Positions 19,894-28,808 of a stretch of DNA of 64,000 bases are shown piece after piece. Source of the DNA: Candidatus Harrisonbacteria bacterium (GTDB taxonomy: Bacteria; Patescibacteriota; Minisyncoccia; UBA6257; 02-FULL-45-10c); contig JACROC010000007.1 of the NCBI GenBank assembly GCA_016214655.1, positions 14,785 through 78,784 on the forward strand, read 5' to 3'. The notes beneath the pieces were generated by a model. It had not been told where the DNA came from, made no database searches, and worked only from the letters and a program-made list of their open reading frames with translations. Both the position numbers and the translations under genes were made by a program. Positions within the stretch are counted from its first letter, which is position 1. Every line of letters begins with the position of its first letter.

Positions 19894-20499
19894 TTAATTC
19901 AGTAATTTTTTAACGTCTTTCCAACTAAGCACATTTGCCCACCAACTAATTGCAGACTTTTCTAAAACAGCTTCCTTGTCTTTCTCACTTCCGTTCGAAT
20001 GAGCTACCGCTTCCTTTATAACAATTGGCTTATAGCCCCTCCAACGAAACTCCTGAATTGTCGATAGAACACAACAGTCAATAGTCAATCCAAAAATTAT
20101 TGGACTAACTTTTTTGGTACCACCAATATTTTTATCGATCCAACGACCAAATCTTTTGGAATCAGGATACGGCAAGCCCGGTTTCTTGTTTTTCAATCCG
20201 ATATTATCTCTGACCCAAATCGGGGAATTCATACATTTAATCCACTGGGATTTTCGTAACTCCATAGGGATAACCGATTCATAACCCCAATCTCCTGGAT
20301 GACACATATTTCCAGAGTCTCCGGGTCGCGGCTGACGATAATCTGAAATTATCTCATTGAGCTTAATGCCTTTCTTTTTTAAATAAGGAAAAAGAATTTT
20401 CTGAAAAAAATTTATTAAAGGTTTCTGTATGTATTTACCGTCCTTCTTCTTGTAGAAAAAATAGTTTTGGGCATCTACAACAATAAATTCATATTTCAT
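19894..20499 (-). CDS. isochorismatase-family cysteine hydrolase
   Basis: VVDAQNYF, GLTIDCCVLST. Confidence 0.8.
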   Translation of the reverse strand: MKYEFIVVDAQNYFFYKKKDGKYIQKPLINFFQKILFPYLKKKGIKLNEIISDYRQPRPGDSGNMCHPGDWGYESVIPMELRKSQWIKCMNSPIWVRDNIGLKNKKPGLPYPDSKRFGRWIDKNIGGTKKVSPIIFGLTIDCCVLSTIQEFRWRGYKPIVIKEAVAHSNGSEKDKEAVLEKSAISWWANVLSWKDVKKLLN

Positions 20500-20569
20500 A
20501 TATCAAAAGTATATCAGGTTAGAACTGAAAAATCCTCATTAGATAATGATATTTTAGCAAAAACTAACG

Positions 20570-20640
20570 ATGGGTCGGCAACTGGATCAAGTTACTCGTG
20601 GTGAATCTGTCGAACCAGAACCAGTTTAGTGGGATTATAA
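20570..20640 (+). repeat. att-like cassette repeat (family B) with insert
   Basis: TGGGTCGGCAACTGGATCAAGTTA[ctcgtggtgaatctgtcgaacca]GAACCAGTTTAG. Confidence 0.75.
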
Positions 20641-20705
20641 AAGAAAAACACTCGACTTACTCCTGGAGTATTGATATGTAAATAAGAAACTCGGTTGAAA
20701 CCGAG

Positions 20706-21182
20706 TTAATGAATTTGTCGTGGTTTATTCTTCTCTTTCCCCATGCAATCCGACAAATATGTTTCGTAGACATTTAGACCCATTCTACGCTCCAATTCAT
20801 CTCGGGACCAACTGATAGCTGGCCCACAATTTTCTTTTGCAAAAGGAAGTTTCTGTGGATCGCGAACTGCGGTTAAGGGCTCTTGAAAGCAGAGGGTGTG
20901 CTTATCCTCGGGTAGACCAAATACATTATCCGTACAAAAGATTACTGAACGCTCTGTACGAACAGCAAAAGTTGTACTAGCAATGCCTTTCCGGTCATAC
21001 TCCTTGGGCATCCCCCTAGTTTTCTGCAAAGATGCATTAGAATGTATTAGTGAAAATATCCCTACTACTATCATCGCTATGGCACTAACTGCCACTAATC
21101 GATCCCTTCCCTTAAGAATCAAAACTAACAAAATTAGGAGCATCATGCCGCCCATCAAAAGCGTTCCGCAGAAAGCTTCCAT
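20706..21182 (-). CDS. hypothetical membrane protein
   Basis: two N-terminal TM segments. Confidence 0.65.
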   Translation of the reverse strand: MEAFCGTLLMGGMMLLILLVLILKGRDRLVAVSAIAMIVVGIFSLIHSNASLQKTRGMPKEYDRKGIASTTFAVRTERSVIFCTDNVFGLPEDKHTLCFQEPLTAVRDPQKLPFAKENCGPAISWSRDELERRMGLNVYETYLSDCMGKEKNKPRQIH

Positions 21183-21243
21183 ATTTTTACTTTTTTAATG
21201 TTCTTAGCTTAGAGATATATTATCAAATCTTAAAAGGAATGCA

Positions 21244-21296
21244 AATCGCTGGTTGCCATTGTGTGGGATGTTAGAACTAGATTGGTTAGTTTATAA
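21244..21296 (+). repeat. att-like cassette repeat (family A)
   Basis: CTGGTTGCCATTGTGTGGGATGTTAGAACTAGATTGGTTAGTTTATAA. Confidence 0.85.
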
Positions 21297-21529
21297 AAGA
21301 AAAAACCGTCCAAATTTGGACGGATAAATGTTTATTATTACTTACCATCTAGCCTACGCTTAACCTCTTCCACGGATACTCCCCACTTTTCAGAAAAATA
21401 TTTTAAAGCTTCTTCATAGTCTTTCCTGCCAAGCGGTGGGTTATCCACTAAATCACGCTCTAATTTTTCCGTTTCTTCCTTAGACCAGTCCCTTGATTCG
21501 GCAAATTCTCTTACGCTTTTGCGAGGATC

Positions 21530-21754
21530 TTACTTCGGATCACTCTTTTGACTCATAAAATTAGGGGGCCCGGAGCAATTATCTCCTTTAGCCGACATTT
21601 TACCAGAATCTCGTCGCTCCCAGATTATTGCCTCCACTGGTGTTCCCTTAAGACAACTAAACCCACTGCCAGGAATCATTCCTAAAAAACTGCAAGTCAC
21701 CTCACCCTTCCCGAGCTTACAAATATTTTTAAGCTGCTCTTCGTTCAGCCCCAT
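21530..21754 (-). CDS. small Cys-containing hypothetical protein
   Basis: 74 aa, strong SD and cassette leader. Confidence 0.7.
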   Translation of the reverse strand: MGLNEEQLKNICKLGKGEVTCSFLGMIPGSGFSCLKGTPVEAIIWERRDSGKMSAKGDNCSGPPNFMSQKSDPK

Positions 21755-21766
21755 ACTATTACCCTC

Positions 21767-21828
21767 CTCCTTTTCAACGAGCGTTAACTACTGATGAATA
21801 TATTATTTCAAAATTTATGTTTTGTCAA
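21767..21828 (-). promoter_or_regulatory. shared cassette promoter/boxA-like/SD leader
   Basis: TTGACA-N17-TAATAT-ATTCATCAGTAGTTAACGCTCGTTGAAAAGGAG on minus strand. Confidence 0.8.
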
Positions 21829-21874
21829 AAGAAAAAACCGCTTTTATGGGGCGGTTGAGTTAATCGATATTAAT

Positions 21875-22378
21875 TTAATTCTTATTCTTGGGCACTAACA
21901 AACAATAAACTCCGAATCTCTCCGGCGGCTCGTCTTTATTAAGATTCAAAACTCCGTCTAATACAGATATACCATTCCACGAATCATCTTCGAAATTGAT
22001 CCGGGGTTTTATAATGGTAAGAGCCCCTATATCATGGATAGTAATATAATTTAAAAATATTCTTTTTTTCAAAATTTCAATATGTAAATTTAATCTGCAA
22101 AATTCTACACCGCAATCAACACTAGCAAAGACTACCATTTTTATATTTTTTGATACCCGATATTCTCTTAATTCCCTAGAACCCTCACCAATTAAATTCA
22201 AATGAATTTCATTTTTCTTTCTCTCTTCGAATGAAGGGAATCGTTCGCCTTTATGCTCAAGGTATGGCTCTATTTTAATTATATTTTCCGAGATCCAAGA
22301 ATCTTTCGGTAACTCCAGAGCCACTGCTTTACAGGAAAATGGAAATAAAAGTATCGCCGCAAAGATTATTTTCTTCAT
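21875..22378 (-). CDS. exported hypothetical protein
   Basis: signal/lipoprotein-like N-terminus. Confidence 0.65.
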   Translation of the reverse strand: MKKIIFAAILLFPFSCKAVALELPKDSWISENIIKIEPYLEHKGERFPSFEERKKNEIHLNLIGEGSRELREYRVSKNIKMVVFASVDCGVEFCRLNLHIEILKKRIFLNYITIHDIGALTIIKPRINFEDDSWNGISVLDGVLNLNKDEPPERFGVYCLLVPKNKN

Positions 22379-22384
22379 CAGTCG

Positions 22385-22449
22385 CTCCTCCTTTTCAACG
22401 AACGTTAACTGCTGATAAATATCTTACTTCAAAATTTATGTTTTGTCAA
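22385..22449 (-). promoter_or_regulatory. shared cassette promoter/boxA-like/SD leader
   Basis: TTGACA-N17-TAAGAT..ATCAGCAGTTAACGTTCGTTGAAAAGGAGGAG on minus strand. Confidence 0.8.
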
Positions 22450-22473
22450 AAGAAAAAACCGCCTTTAAAGCGG

Positions 22474-22710
22474 TCAATTTTTGAAAAAAAATATCGCAGC
22501 CGTTATCCAGAAGGCCAGCCAAACCACAAAACCGACTATTGCAGGCAAATACAAAAGAGAAAAATTTTCTTCTCTCCAGCGAAAGGGTATGAATCTGAAT
22601 TCCAATTTTTGCGCCAAAAGCCAATACCAAAACCTTACACTTAACGGTAAACTCACGATTAATGCGGAAATCACAAAAATCATCAGGAAAAAAATTTCTA
22701 TTAATGACAC
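22474..22710 (-). CDS. small membrane protein
   Basis: 78 aa, 2 TM, overlaps upstream gene stop. Confidence 0.55.
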   Translation of the reverse strand: MSLIEIFFLMIFVISALIVSLPLSVRFWYWLLAQKLEFRFIPFRWREENFSLLYLPAIVGFVVWLAFWITAAIFFFKN

Positions 22711-22940
22711 CGCATTGTCCCCTCGTTCAATTCGTCTAAATCTTTCAGGGCCGCTTCCAATATTCTCAAAGGAATCACTTCTAACGTTTTTGTAAGTAAA
22801 CCTTCTCTGGTTTCTTCATCAATCCTAAAAGAATAAGCAAGCACTAATGCCCTGAAGAAAATGATTTCTTTCCCTCGAAACTCGTATTTTCTGATTATCT
22901 TATCGGTATTAGTTTCGGGGACGTCTTGGTTTTCTGCCAT
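22701..22940 (-). CDS. hypothetical protein
   Basis: 79 aa with SD GAGGAGG. Confidence 0.6.
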   Translation of the reverse strand: MAENQDVPETNTDKIIRKYEFRGKEIIFFRALVLAYSFRIDEETREGLLTKTLEVIPLRILEAALKDLDELNEGTMRCH

Positions 22941-22956
22941 ACTATCCCTCCTCGCA

Positions 22957-23496
22957 TCAACCCCTAAAATACATCATGCGTCTGGTGGGTGGACCTACGT
23001 AGATAGAGTCTTTTCCTGAAATTTTCTTCCATTCTTTCTCACGTAATTTCCAAAGTCTCTTCCCCTTTTTAATCTTTTTTGGATATATGAAACATTCCCA
23101 CGGACCTGGATAATAATACTTGACTTTAATTTGACCGCCGGAAGGCAATCTGATAATCATTGGAAGCTTTCTGTTTTGCAATGAAGCCTCTCGTCTTTCA
23201 CGCTCAATATCAGAATCTCGAATCTCATAAGCCTCAAAGACTGTTTCGCCATCAAATTGAATCCTTAGTGTCCATGGGCAGTAACAAACCAAGGACCAAC
23301 TGATATCAAATCTAACTTCCCGCCGATGATTTCTATTGCCGTATCTATCCTCGACAATTGTGAAGATTGCATGAAGATCGTGATGTTTATCGGTCCACCA
23401 CTCTTCTTCGTGTTCCCAAGCACGACCCAAAGTCGAAGCAAATTGAATACCTCGTTTCCAAACTTTCACAATAGAAGCCTTATTGAGAGTTTCCAT
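22957..23496 (-). CDS. hypothetical protein
   Basis: 179 aa with SD and cassette-type promoter at 23513-23569. Confidence 0.65.
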   Translation of the reverse strand: METLNKASIVKVWKRGIQFASTLGRAWEHEEEWWTDKHHDLHAIFTIVEDRYGNRNHRREVRFDISWSLVCYCPWTLRIQFDGETVFEAYEIRDSDIERERREASLQNRKLPMIIRLPSGGQIKVKYYYPGPWECFIYPKKIKKGKRLWKLREKEWKKISGKDSIYVGPPTRRMMYFRG

Positions 23497-23610
23497 CCCC
23501 CCCCTTTTTTTCAGTTTTGAACGAACCGGAAAGTATTCATATATTATTTAAGAATTTATATTTTGTCAAAAGAAAAACCGCTGGGCGGACCATACGGAAA
23601 AATAAAACTC

Positions 23611-24024
23611 TTATAGACTAAACAGACTTCTCAAAAGACTTTGTAAACTAATTATTCTTGTCTCAATTTCACTCACTTCTCGATACAATGCTTTATACTT
23701 AGATTTTTCAATAGAAGGGAGTTTTTGCCAAAGAAAAGTGCGGTGAGTTTTTCTTGTGTACCTTCCTAAACCACAATACTGCGCTTCGCCACCCCAACGA
23801 GCATCGCCTTGCCACGATCCCCAGTATTGGGCCTGTCCCATATACCGATTCTGAAATAACCTTAATTTCTCCCGTGCTTTTACCGATGAAGCAATCCAGT
23901 ATTTCATAAGTCGAATAAGCTTTTTCTTCCCAAGCCTGTGTAAATCTTCAAGGTTCTCGACTTTAACCCATCCAAAATGCTTTGGGACGAATCCCTTAGC
24001 GGAAATGTCACGAGCTTGCTTCAT
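23611..24024 (-). CDS. hypothetical protein
   Basis: 137 aa, cassette leader at 24032-24092. Confidence 0.6.
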   Translation of the reverse strand: MKQARDISAKGFVPKHFGWVKVENLEDLHRLGKKKLIRLMKYWIASSVKAREKLRLFQNRYMGQAQYWGSWQGDARWGGEAQYCGLGRYTRKTHRTFLWQKLPSIEKSKYKALYREVSEIETRIISLQSLLRSLFSL

Positions 24025-24096
24025 TCTTTTTCCTTTTCAACAAACGTTAACTACTTGACGGGTATATTAGCAGGAAATAAAAAGAAAGTAAAATAG

Positions 24097-24200
24097 ATCT
24101 GGGTGCCATCGTAGAGGACCCGCCTGCGCAGGCGGGTATTAGAACTAGATTATGCCCCACTTCGTGGTCACCCCACCCCGCGACTCACTACATTTCTTGA
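24097..24200 (+). repeat. att-like cassette repeat (family A, long tail) with palindromic insert
   Basis: ATCTGGGTGCCATCGTAGAGGA[cccgcctgcgcaggcggg]TATTAGAACTAGATT. Confidence 0.85.
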
Positions 24201-24263
24201 AAAGAGAAGTGATTTAAGTTATCCTCCAATTAGAAAATTCAAAACTAAAAAAGGGAAACTGAA

Positions 24264-24557
24264 ATGGAAAGATTAAAAGGATTCACCAACTCAAGACTCG
24301 CGCAACATCTTCTTTGGGTAATATGGGCAAAACAAAATAGTGATGGGGTATCTCATGGCGGTTCACCAGAAAATATTATTTTAGAAGCTGTATTGCAAAT
24401 TATTCCCAATAAGATTAAAAAAAGAACATCTTTTACCGAAAAAGAGTTATTAGAAGAAGCGGAGAAAAGGATTCATAATTTAGATGTAAAAAGTCTTCGA
24501 AGACATATCAACAGATTGCGTAAGCGTTTAGAAAATAATTGGTACAAAAAGAGCTAA
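24264..24557 (+). CDS. hypothetical protein
   Basis: 97 aa, SD-like AAGGG, downstream AAAAAGAGCT..AGCTCTTTTT terminator. Confidence 0.6.
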   Translation: MERLKGFTNSRLAQHLLWVIWAKQNSDGVSHGGSPENIILEAVLQIIPNKIKKRTSFTEKELLEEAEKRIHNLDVKSLRRHINRLRKRLENNWYKKS

Positions 24558-24578
24558 GGGCAGCTCTTTTTTATTTTA

Positions 24579-24660
24579 AATGCGGGTTGGCAACTGGATC
24601 GGGTTAGCCGCCCCGCAGCGCGGAGCAAGTCTCGCCCAAGAGAGCAGGAACCTATTAGTT
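24579..24660 (+). repeat. att-like cassette repeat (family B) with insert
   Basis: GGGTTGGCAACTGGATCGGGTTA[GC-rich insert]GGAACCTATTAG. Confidence 0.65.
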
Positions 24661-24937
24661 ACTCCGAAAATTCATCTATTAGTACATCTATCTCATCTGG
24701 CGTTAAGCGAAAATCTTGTCCCACTCTTATCAGAGTATCATAAAACCATTTGTGATTTTTTGGAATTTTCTCTTTACCCATGATAAATCTACTTACTAAT
24801 TCTAATTCTTCTTGTGAAAATCTGGCCTGAGGATCGGTAACCATTTTTTCTAATTCCTCTATATATTTATCTTTAACCTGAGAAAGAAGTCTTCCTTCAA
24901 GTTTAACTAATTTTTTCTCCGGCTTTTCAAATTCCAT
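24659..24937 (-). CDS. hypothetical protein
   Basis: probable ATG at 24937. Confidence 0.6.
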   Translation of the reverse strand: MEFEKPEKKLVKLEGRLLSQVKDKYIEELEKMVTDPQARFSQEELELVSRFIMGKEKIPKNHKWFYDTLIRVGQDFRLTPDEIDVLIDEFSE

Positions 24938-24978
24938 ATATATTAATATAACATTGTAAAATACCCAAAACAATTTTA

Positions 24979-25019
24979 AGTCGGCAACTGGAGCAGATTA
25001 GAACTTATTAAATAGTTAG
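24979..25019 (+). repeat. att-like cassette repeat (family B)
   Basis: GTCGGCAACTGGAGCAGATTAGAACTTATT. Confidence 0.75.
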
Positions 25020-25055
25020 TTAAAAAGAAAAAGCCCCGGGATAGGGGCGAAAATT

Positions 25056-25301
25056 TTATGCCTGAAAATACTTCAATAAATTGATGGCAAGAGAAACTAC
25101 AAGGAGTAATGCCGAGGCCCAGGCAACTAGTCCAACAGCAGCGAATGCTCCAAGACCGGAAGTAAAACTTTTCTTACCCGATTCGAAATCTACCGCATTC
25201 ACCATGCCCCTCATATGGCGAACTTGATTAACCATTACGTAACCGCTAGAAAAGACGAAAGATAACAGCCACAGCCACCACCAGCTCGCCACGAATTCCA
25301 T
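25056..25301 (-). CDS. small membrane protein
   Basis: 2 TM; cassette leader at 25309-25370. Confidence 0.65.
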   Translation of the reverse strand: MEFVASWWWLWLLSFVFSSGYVMVNQVRHMRGMVNAVDFESGKKSFTSGLGAFAAVGLVAWASALLLVVSLAINLLKYFQA

Positions 25302-25432
25302 CCCACACCTCCTTTTCAACGAACGTTAACTGCTGATGAAGACAATATATCAAAATCGACCACTTGTCAAACTAAAATTTTTCTGCTAATATATCGTCAG
25401 CTGTAAAAACTTTTTGAAAAAGGAGGCGCAAG

Positions 25433-25651
25433 GTGAAAGAAACCCTGCTAAAGATTGTTGTAACCGTCTTTTCATTAGCTATAGCCCTTACCCCCTGCTG
25501 GTTATATCTGGCAGTTAAATTTCTATTAGCGCCAGAAGGATTTTGGCAAAACCTTCTTCTTTTGGGAGTAGGTGCCTATTTTCTCGGGTTTATCCAGTTG
25601 ATGCTGATAATCTTCTGGTTAACTTTTGTAGTTAAGGTGATTCTAGATTAA
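25433..25651 (+). CDS. small membrane protein
   Basis: 72 aa, SD AAGGAGG, GTG start, CCGCTC..GAGCGG terminator. Confidence 0.65.
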   Translation: MKETLLKIVVTVFSLAIALTPCWLYLAVKFLLAPEGFWQNLLLLGVGAYFLGFIQLMLIIFWLTFVVKVILD

Positions 25652-25689
25652 TATTTCTCCGCTCCTCAAGAGCGGATTTTTTATTGAAA

Positions 25690-25722
25690 AATCTGGGTGC
25701 CATCGTAGAGGATGTTAGGACT
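25690..25722 (+). repeat. att-like cassette repeat (family A)
   Basis: AATCTGGGTGCCATCGTAGAGGATGTTAGGACT. Confidence 0.85.
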
Positions 25723-25841
25723 ATTCTTATACGACAAAGTAGATATATTTATATACCTGAGCTGAGAGCTTAATTACCCCACTCTATAGCTCACTATATT
25801 TTTATTTGTTAAATATATCTTACTTAGTGTAAAATTGTCAT

Positions 25842-26465
25842 ATGAAAACTTTTGCATTCATAGACGCATCAAATCTCTTTTATGGAGGAGAAAAGAGTTT
25901 GGGTTGGAAAATAGATTATAAAAAACTTTTGGAATACCTGAAAGAAAAATATGACGTGAGCAAAGTTTTTTATTTTGGCGGCATTGAAATACATAACTTC
26001 GTATACGATTATCAAAAAAGTGAAACAGTGTCGCTTAAAGAACTAGAAAAGCACTTAAACAGCTTACTTAAAGATAAAGCCAAGGAACTAAATGAGGCGG
26101 AGTTAATACTAATCGGAAGACATTTACAGAGAATAAGGTTTTATATTCGTCTTGATACCTTTGGTTACAGACTTTTTTTGAAACCAGTTAAGTTATATGA
26201 ACAAGAAGATGGTTCAACTAAAAGAAAAGCAAATTGCGACGTAGATATGGCATTTCACTTAATGAAAGAAAAAGGGAATTTTGATAGAGTGATAGTATTA
26301 TCCGGCGATGGAGATTTCCTTCCGGTGCTCAAATATCTTAAAAAAGAAGGCAGGGAAGTAATTATTTTAGGTAGAGGCAAACGAACGGCTAAAGAAATTA
26401 GGCAATTCGCGGGAGATAACTTTAGAGATTTTGAGTATCTTAAAAATCGCTTAAAAATGGAATAA
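25842..26465 (+). CDS. NYN (LabA/DUF88, PIN-fold) domain protein
   Basis: FIDASNL, KANCDVDM, LSGDGDFLP. Confidence 0.9.
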   Translation: MKTFAFIDASNLFYGGEKSLGWKIDYKKLLEYLKEKYDVSKVFYFGGIEIHNFVYDYQKSETVSLKELEKHLNSLLKDKAKELNEAELILIGRHLQRIRFYIRLDTFGYRLFLKPVKLYEQEDGSTKRKANCDVDMAFHLMKEKGNFDRVIVLSGDGDFLPVLKYLKKEGREVIILGRGKRTAKEIRQFAGDNFRDFEYLKNRLKME

Positions 26466-26691
26466 AAATACGAAAGGCACCCATATAGGATGCCTTTCAC
26501 GTTTAGTAACTTTACTATAGCAAATTGGTTATTTTCGTCAATCCCCGGAATAATATCAGACCCCATCAAGTCTTGGATTATCTGGCCCCAAATGAATATT
26601 TAGATAGGCAGCAAACTAGTCGATCGCCGACAAGAGATGTTATTACCTTACAAGCCTAGGTGGTCACTATGTATCTGAGCCTGGACAAAAA

Positions 26692-26770
26692 AATCTGGAC
26701 GCCATCGTGTGGGATGTTAGAACTAGATTAAGCAAAGTTACCCAACCCTGCTACTCACCGTATTTCTTGA
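26692..26770 (+). repeat. att-like cassette repeat (family A, long tail)
   Basis: AATCTGGACGCCATCGTGTGGGATGTTAGAACTAGATT..TTTCTTGA. Confidence 0.85.
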
Positions 26771-26806
26771 AAAGAAAACGCCGCCATTACTTTGGCGGCT
26801 GAATTA

Positions 26807-26983
26807 TTAATGCATGAATTCAAGTTTTGTCTCGAGAAGAGCCTTTTCCCAACGGTCAGCACTTTTAACTGCGCGTTCACGAGACCTCCCATACTTTATT
26901 AAAGTCTGAATAATTTGTTTGCGATATTTTCGAATTTCTGCCGGACTCAAATCAAGCGGGTCTTTTACCATCATTACCGTCAT
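26807..26983 (-). CDS. 58-aa hypothetical protein (below ORF-track cutoff)
   Basis: MTVMMVKDPLDLSPAEIRKYRKQIIQ..LEFMH followed by GCCGCC..GGCGGC terminator. Confidence 0.5.
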   Translation of the reverse strand: MTVMMVKDPLDLSPAEIRKYRKQIIQTLIKYGRSRERAVKSADRWEKALLETKLEFMH

Positions 26984-27149
26984 TCGACTTCTCGCTATAT
27001 CCTAAAGTAACTAACGCTGATTATAACAACAAGATTTAAAAATGCAAGATAAATAATATTGAGTTCAATGATATTTTTCATATCAAAAGTATATCGAGTT
27101 AGAACCAAATTGTCTTTGATTTATATAGATATTTCATTAGAATTTTACG

Positions 27150-27225
27150 CTGGGTGCCATCGGAGAGGATGCTTGAACCAAATTAAGCACAAATTCAGTT
27201 ACCCCACCCCCACGATACGCCTTTT
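27150..27225 (+). repeat. att-like cassette repeat (family A, long tail)
   Basis: CTGGGTGCCATCGGAGAGGATGCTTGAACC..CCCCACCCCCACGA. Confidence 0.8.
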
Positions 27226-27266
27226 TAATAAAAAGATAGTTCGAATTGCTGAGATATTTCTTGAAC

Positions 27267-28022
27267 TTATTTATTTTTCCAAACTTCCTTCAGAACTCGG
27301 TCTGCTAACACATGCGCATCTTCTCTAATTTGACCCGTCCTTTCCTGATTTACAGAATCAGGCCTTTCCGCGTGGGCAGATAAGTGTTGTCCTCTAGATT
27401 TTTTTTGCACACCACTTAAATCACTATCATTATATAAAAAAGGTACACTAGCGTTCTCGCTACCAATAAATAATCCACGCCTTCCCAAAATTGACGGAAG
27501 AAAATAGCCTCCTCCCTGATAACTTCGTTTGGAACTATGCGACGCGATCGAAGCTATATCAAACGGGATATGCTCTTGCTCCAAAATTTCCGCTAATTGT
27601 TCCATACTCGCGCCAGTAGCCATGAATTCTGTGACAATCAACGCCTTTTTCTTGATTTCCGACTTTATTTTCCTGAAAAAGGCAATGAGCTGCTCTTTAT
27701 TAGCATTATGTCTTCCGCTCGCAATAAAACGAGTCTTTAAAAGATTTCTATCTTCTTCGGAAGTAAGATCAGGATGTAATACCCTCATTCTGCTGCTAAT
27801 GATATCTTTCATTACCAACGTCGGAATTCTACCGCTTGCGTCATCGCCAATCAGCATATCGTATTCTCCAGCGTCGATCGTTTCTTTTAACTGCTCTATT
27901 AGCCTACTCGTCGGATACTCTAACTCCTCCATAATACCCCCGAAATGATACTGCAAATCTTTCTCTTGTGTGTTAATAGGCTTTTCTTTGCCCTCTTCAG
28001 AAATTTTTTCAAATGTTTCCAT
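27267..28022 (-). CDS. hypothetical protein with PRTase-like fold
   Basis: LIGDDASGRIPT and ALIVTEFMATGASM resemble PRTase loops. Confidence 0.6.
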   Translation of the reverse strand: METFEKISEEGKEKPINTQEKDLQYHFGGIMEELEYPTSRLIEQLKETIDAGEYDMLIGDDASGRIPTLVMKDIISSRMRVLHPDLTSEEDRNLLKTRFIASGRHNANKEQLIAFFRKIKSEIKKKALIVTEFMATGASMEQLAEILEQEHIPFDIASIASHSSKRSYQGGGYFLPSILGRRGLFIGSENASVPFLYNDSDLSGVQKKSRGQHLSAHAERPDSVNQERTGQIREDAHVLADRVLKEVWKNK

Positions 28023-28106
28023 AATTATTATAATAAATCATTTGTCCGATATTGCAATAAATAATAGTAACTCATGAATTCAAAATTAATAAAAAAATAA
28101 AGTTGG

Positions 28107-28151
28107 TTGGGTTGACAACCGGAGCAGATTAGAACTTGTTTTATAAATTAA
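28107..28151 (+). repeat. att-like cassette repeat (family B)
   Basis: TTGGGTTGACAACCGGAGCAGATTAGAACTTGTTTT. Confidence 0.75.
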
Positions 28152-28165
28152 AAAGCGGCTTGATA

Positions 28166-28636
28166 TTATCGCACCGCAAGAGGAATATCGAATCGAAAAT
28201 ATTCGATATTAGTATCTTCTTTAGTTATAAGAACACGAACCGTAGCTTTATCGGAAGAAATTTTCCGTGGCACCACATCTGGCCAACCAATACCACTGCT
28301 TTTACTCCAATAACGTTCAATGTATCGAGAACTAACAACTACTTCTTTATCCGAACTGTCTCTTTCTACAAACTGCACTACTAACCTGCATTTTTTCTCG
28401 TTTTTACTCGTACAAGGATTTCCTTTCTCTGAAAAGAGTTGAAAATCAATGGTGAGATAAAATTCGTTTCCTCGCTCAACATAATAATCTTTTAATTCAT
28501 GAATAAGATGAATTGGAGTACCTCCTAAGATGTAGAAATAGCCATCAGTCATTTTAAAGGTTGGACTCGAAACCGTTCCCGCAGAAACAAAACTCGAAAG
28601 TAATAATGCAATGCAGCTCAAAAATAACTTCTTCAT
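28166..28636 (-). CDS. exported hypothetical protein
   Basis: signal peptide; cassette leader at 28649-28707. Confidence 0.65.
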   Translation of the reverse strand: MKKLFLSCIALLLSSFVSAGTVSSPTFKMTDGYFYILGGTPIHLIHELKDYYVERGNEFYLTIDFQLFSEKGNPCTSKNEKKCRLVVQFVERDSSDKEVVVSSRYIERYWSKSSGIGWPDVVPRKISSDKATVRVLITKEDTNIEYFRFDIPLAVR

Positions 28637-28710
28637 CCTCGTCACCTTCCTTTTCAATGAACGTCAACTGCTGAAAATATATTACAAGAAAATATAAATA
28701 AGGTCAAACT

Positions 28711-28761
28711 AATCTGGGTGCCATCGTGTGGGATGTTAGAACTTGTTTGGTTAGTTTATAA
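28711..28761 (+). repeat. att-like cassette repeat (family A)
   Basis: AATCTGGGTGCCATCGTGTGGGATGTTAGAACTTGTTTGGTTAGTTTATAA. Confidence 0.88.
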
Positions 28762-28808
28762 AAGAAAAAACCGCTCAAATTTGATAGCGGTTTCTAATTT
28801 CATAAATT

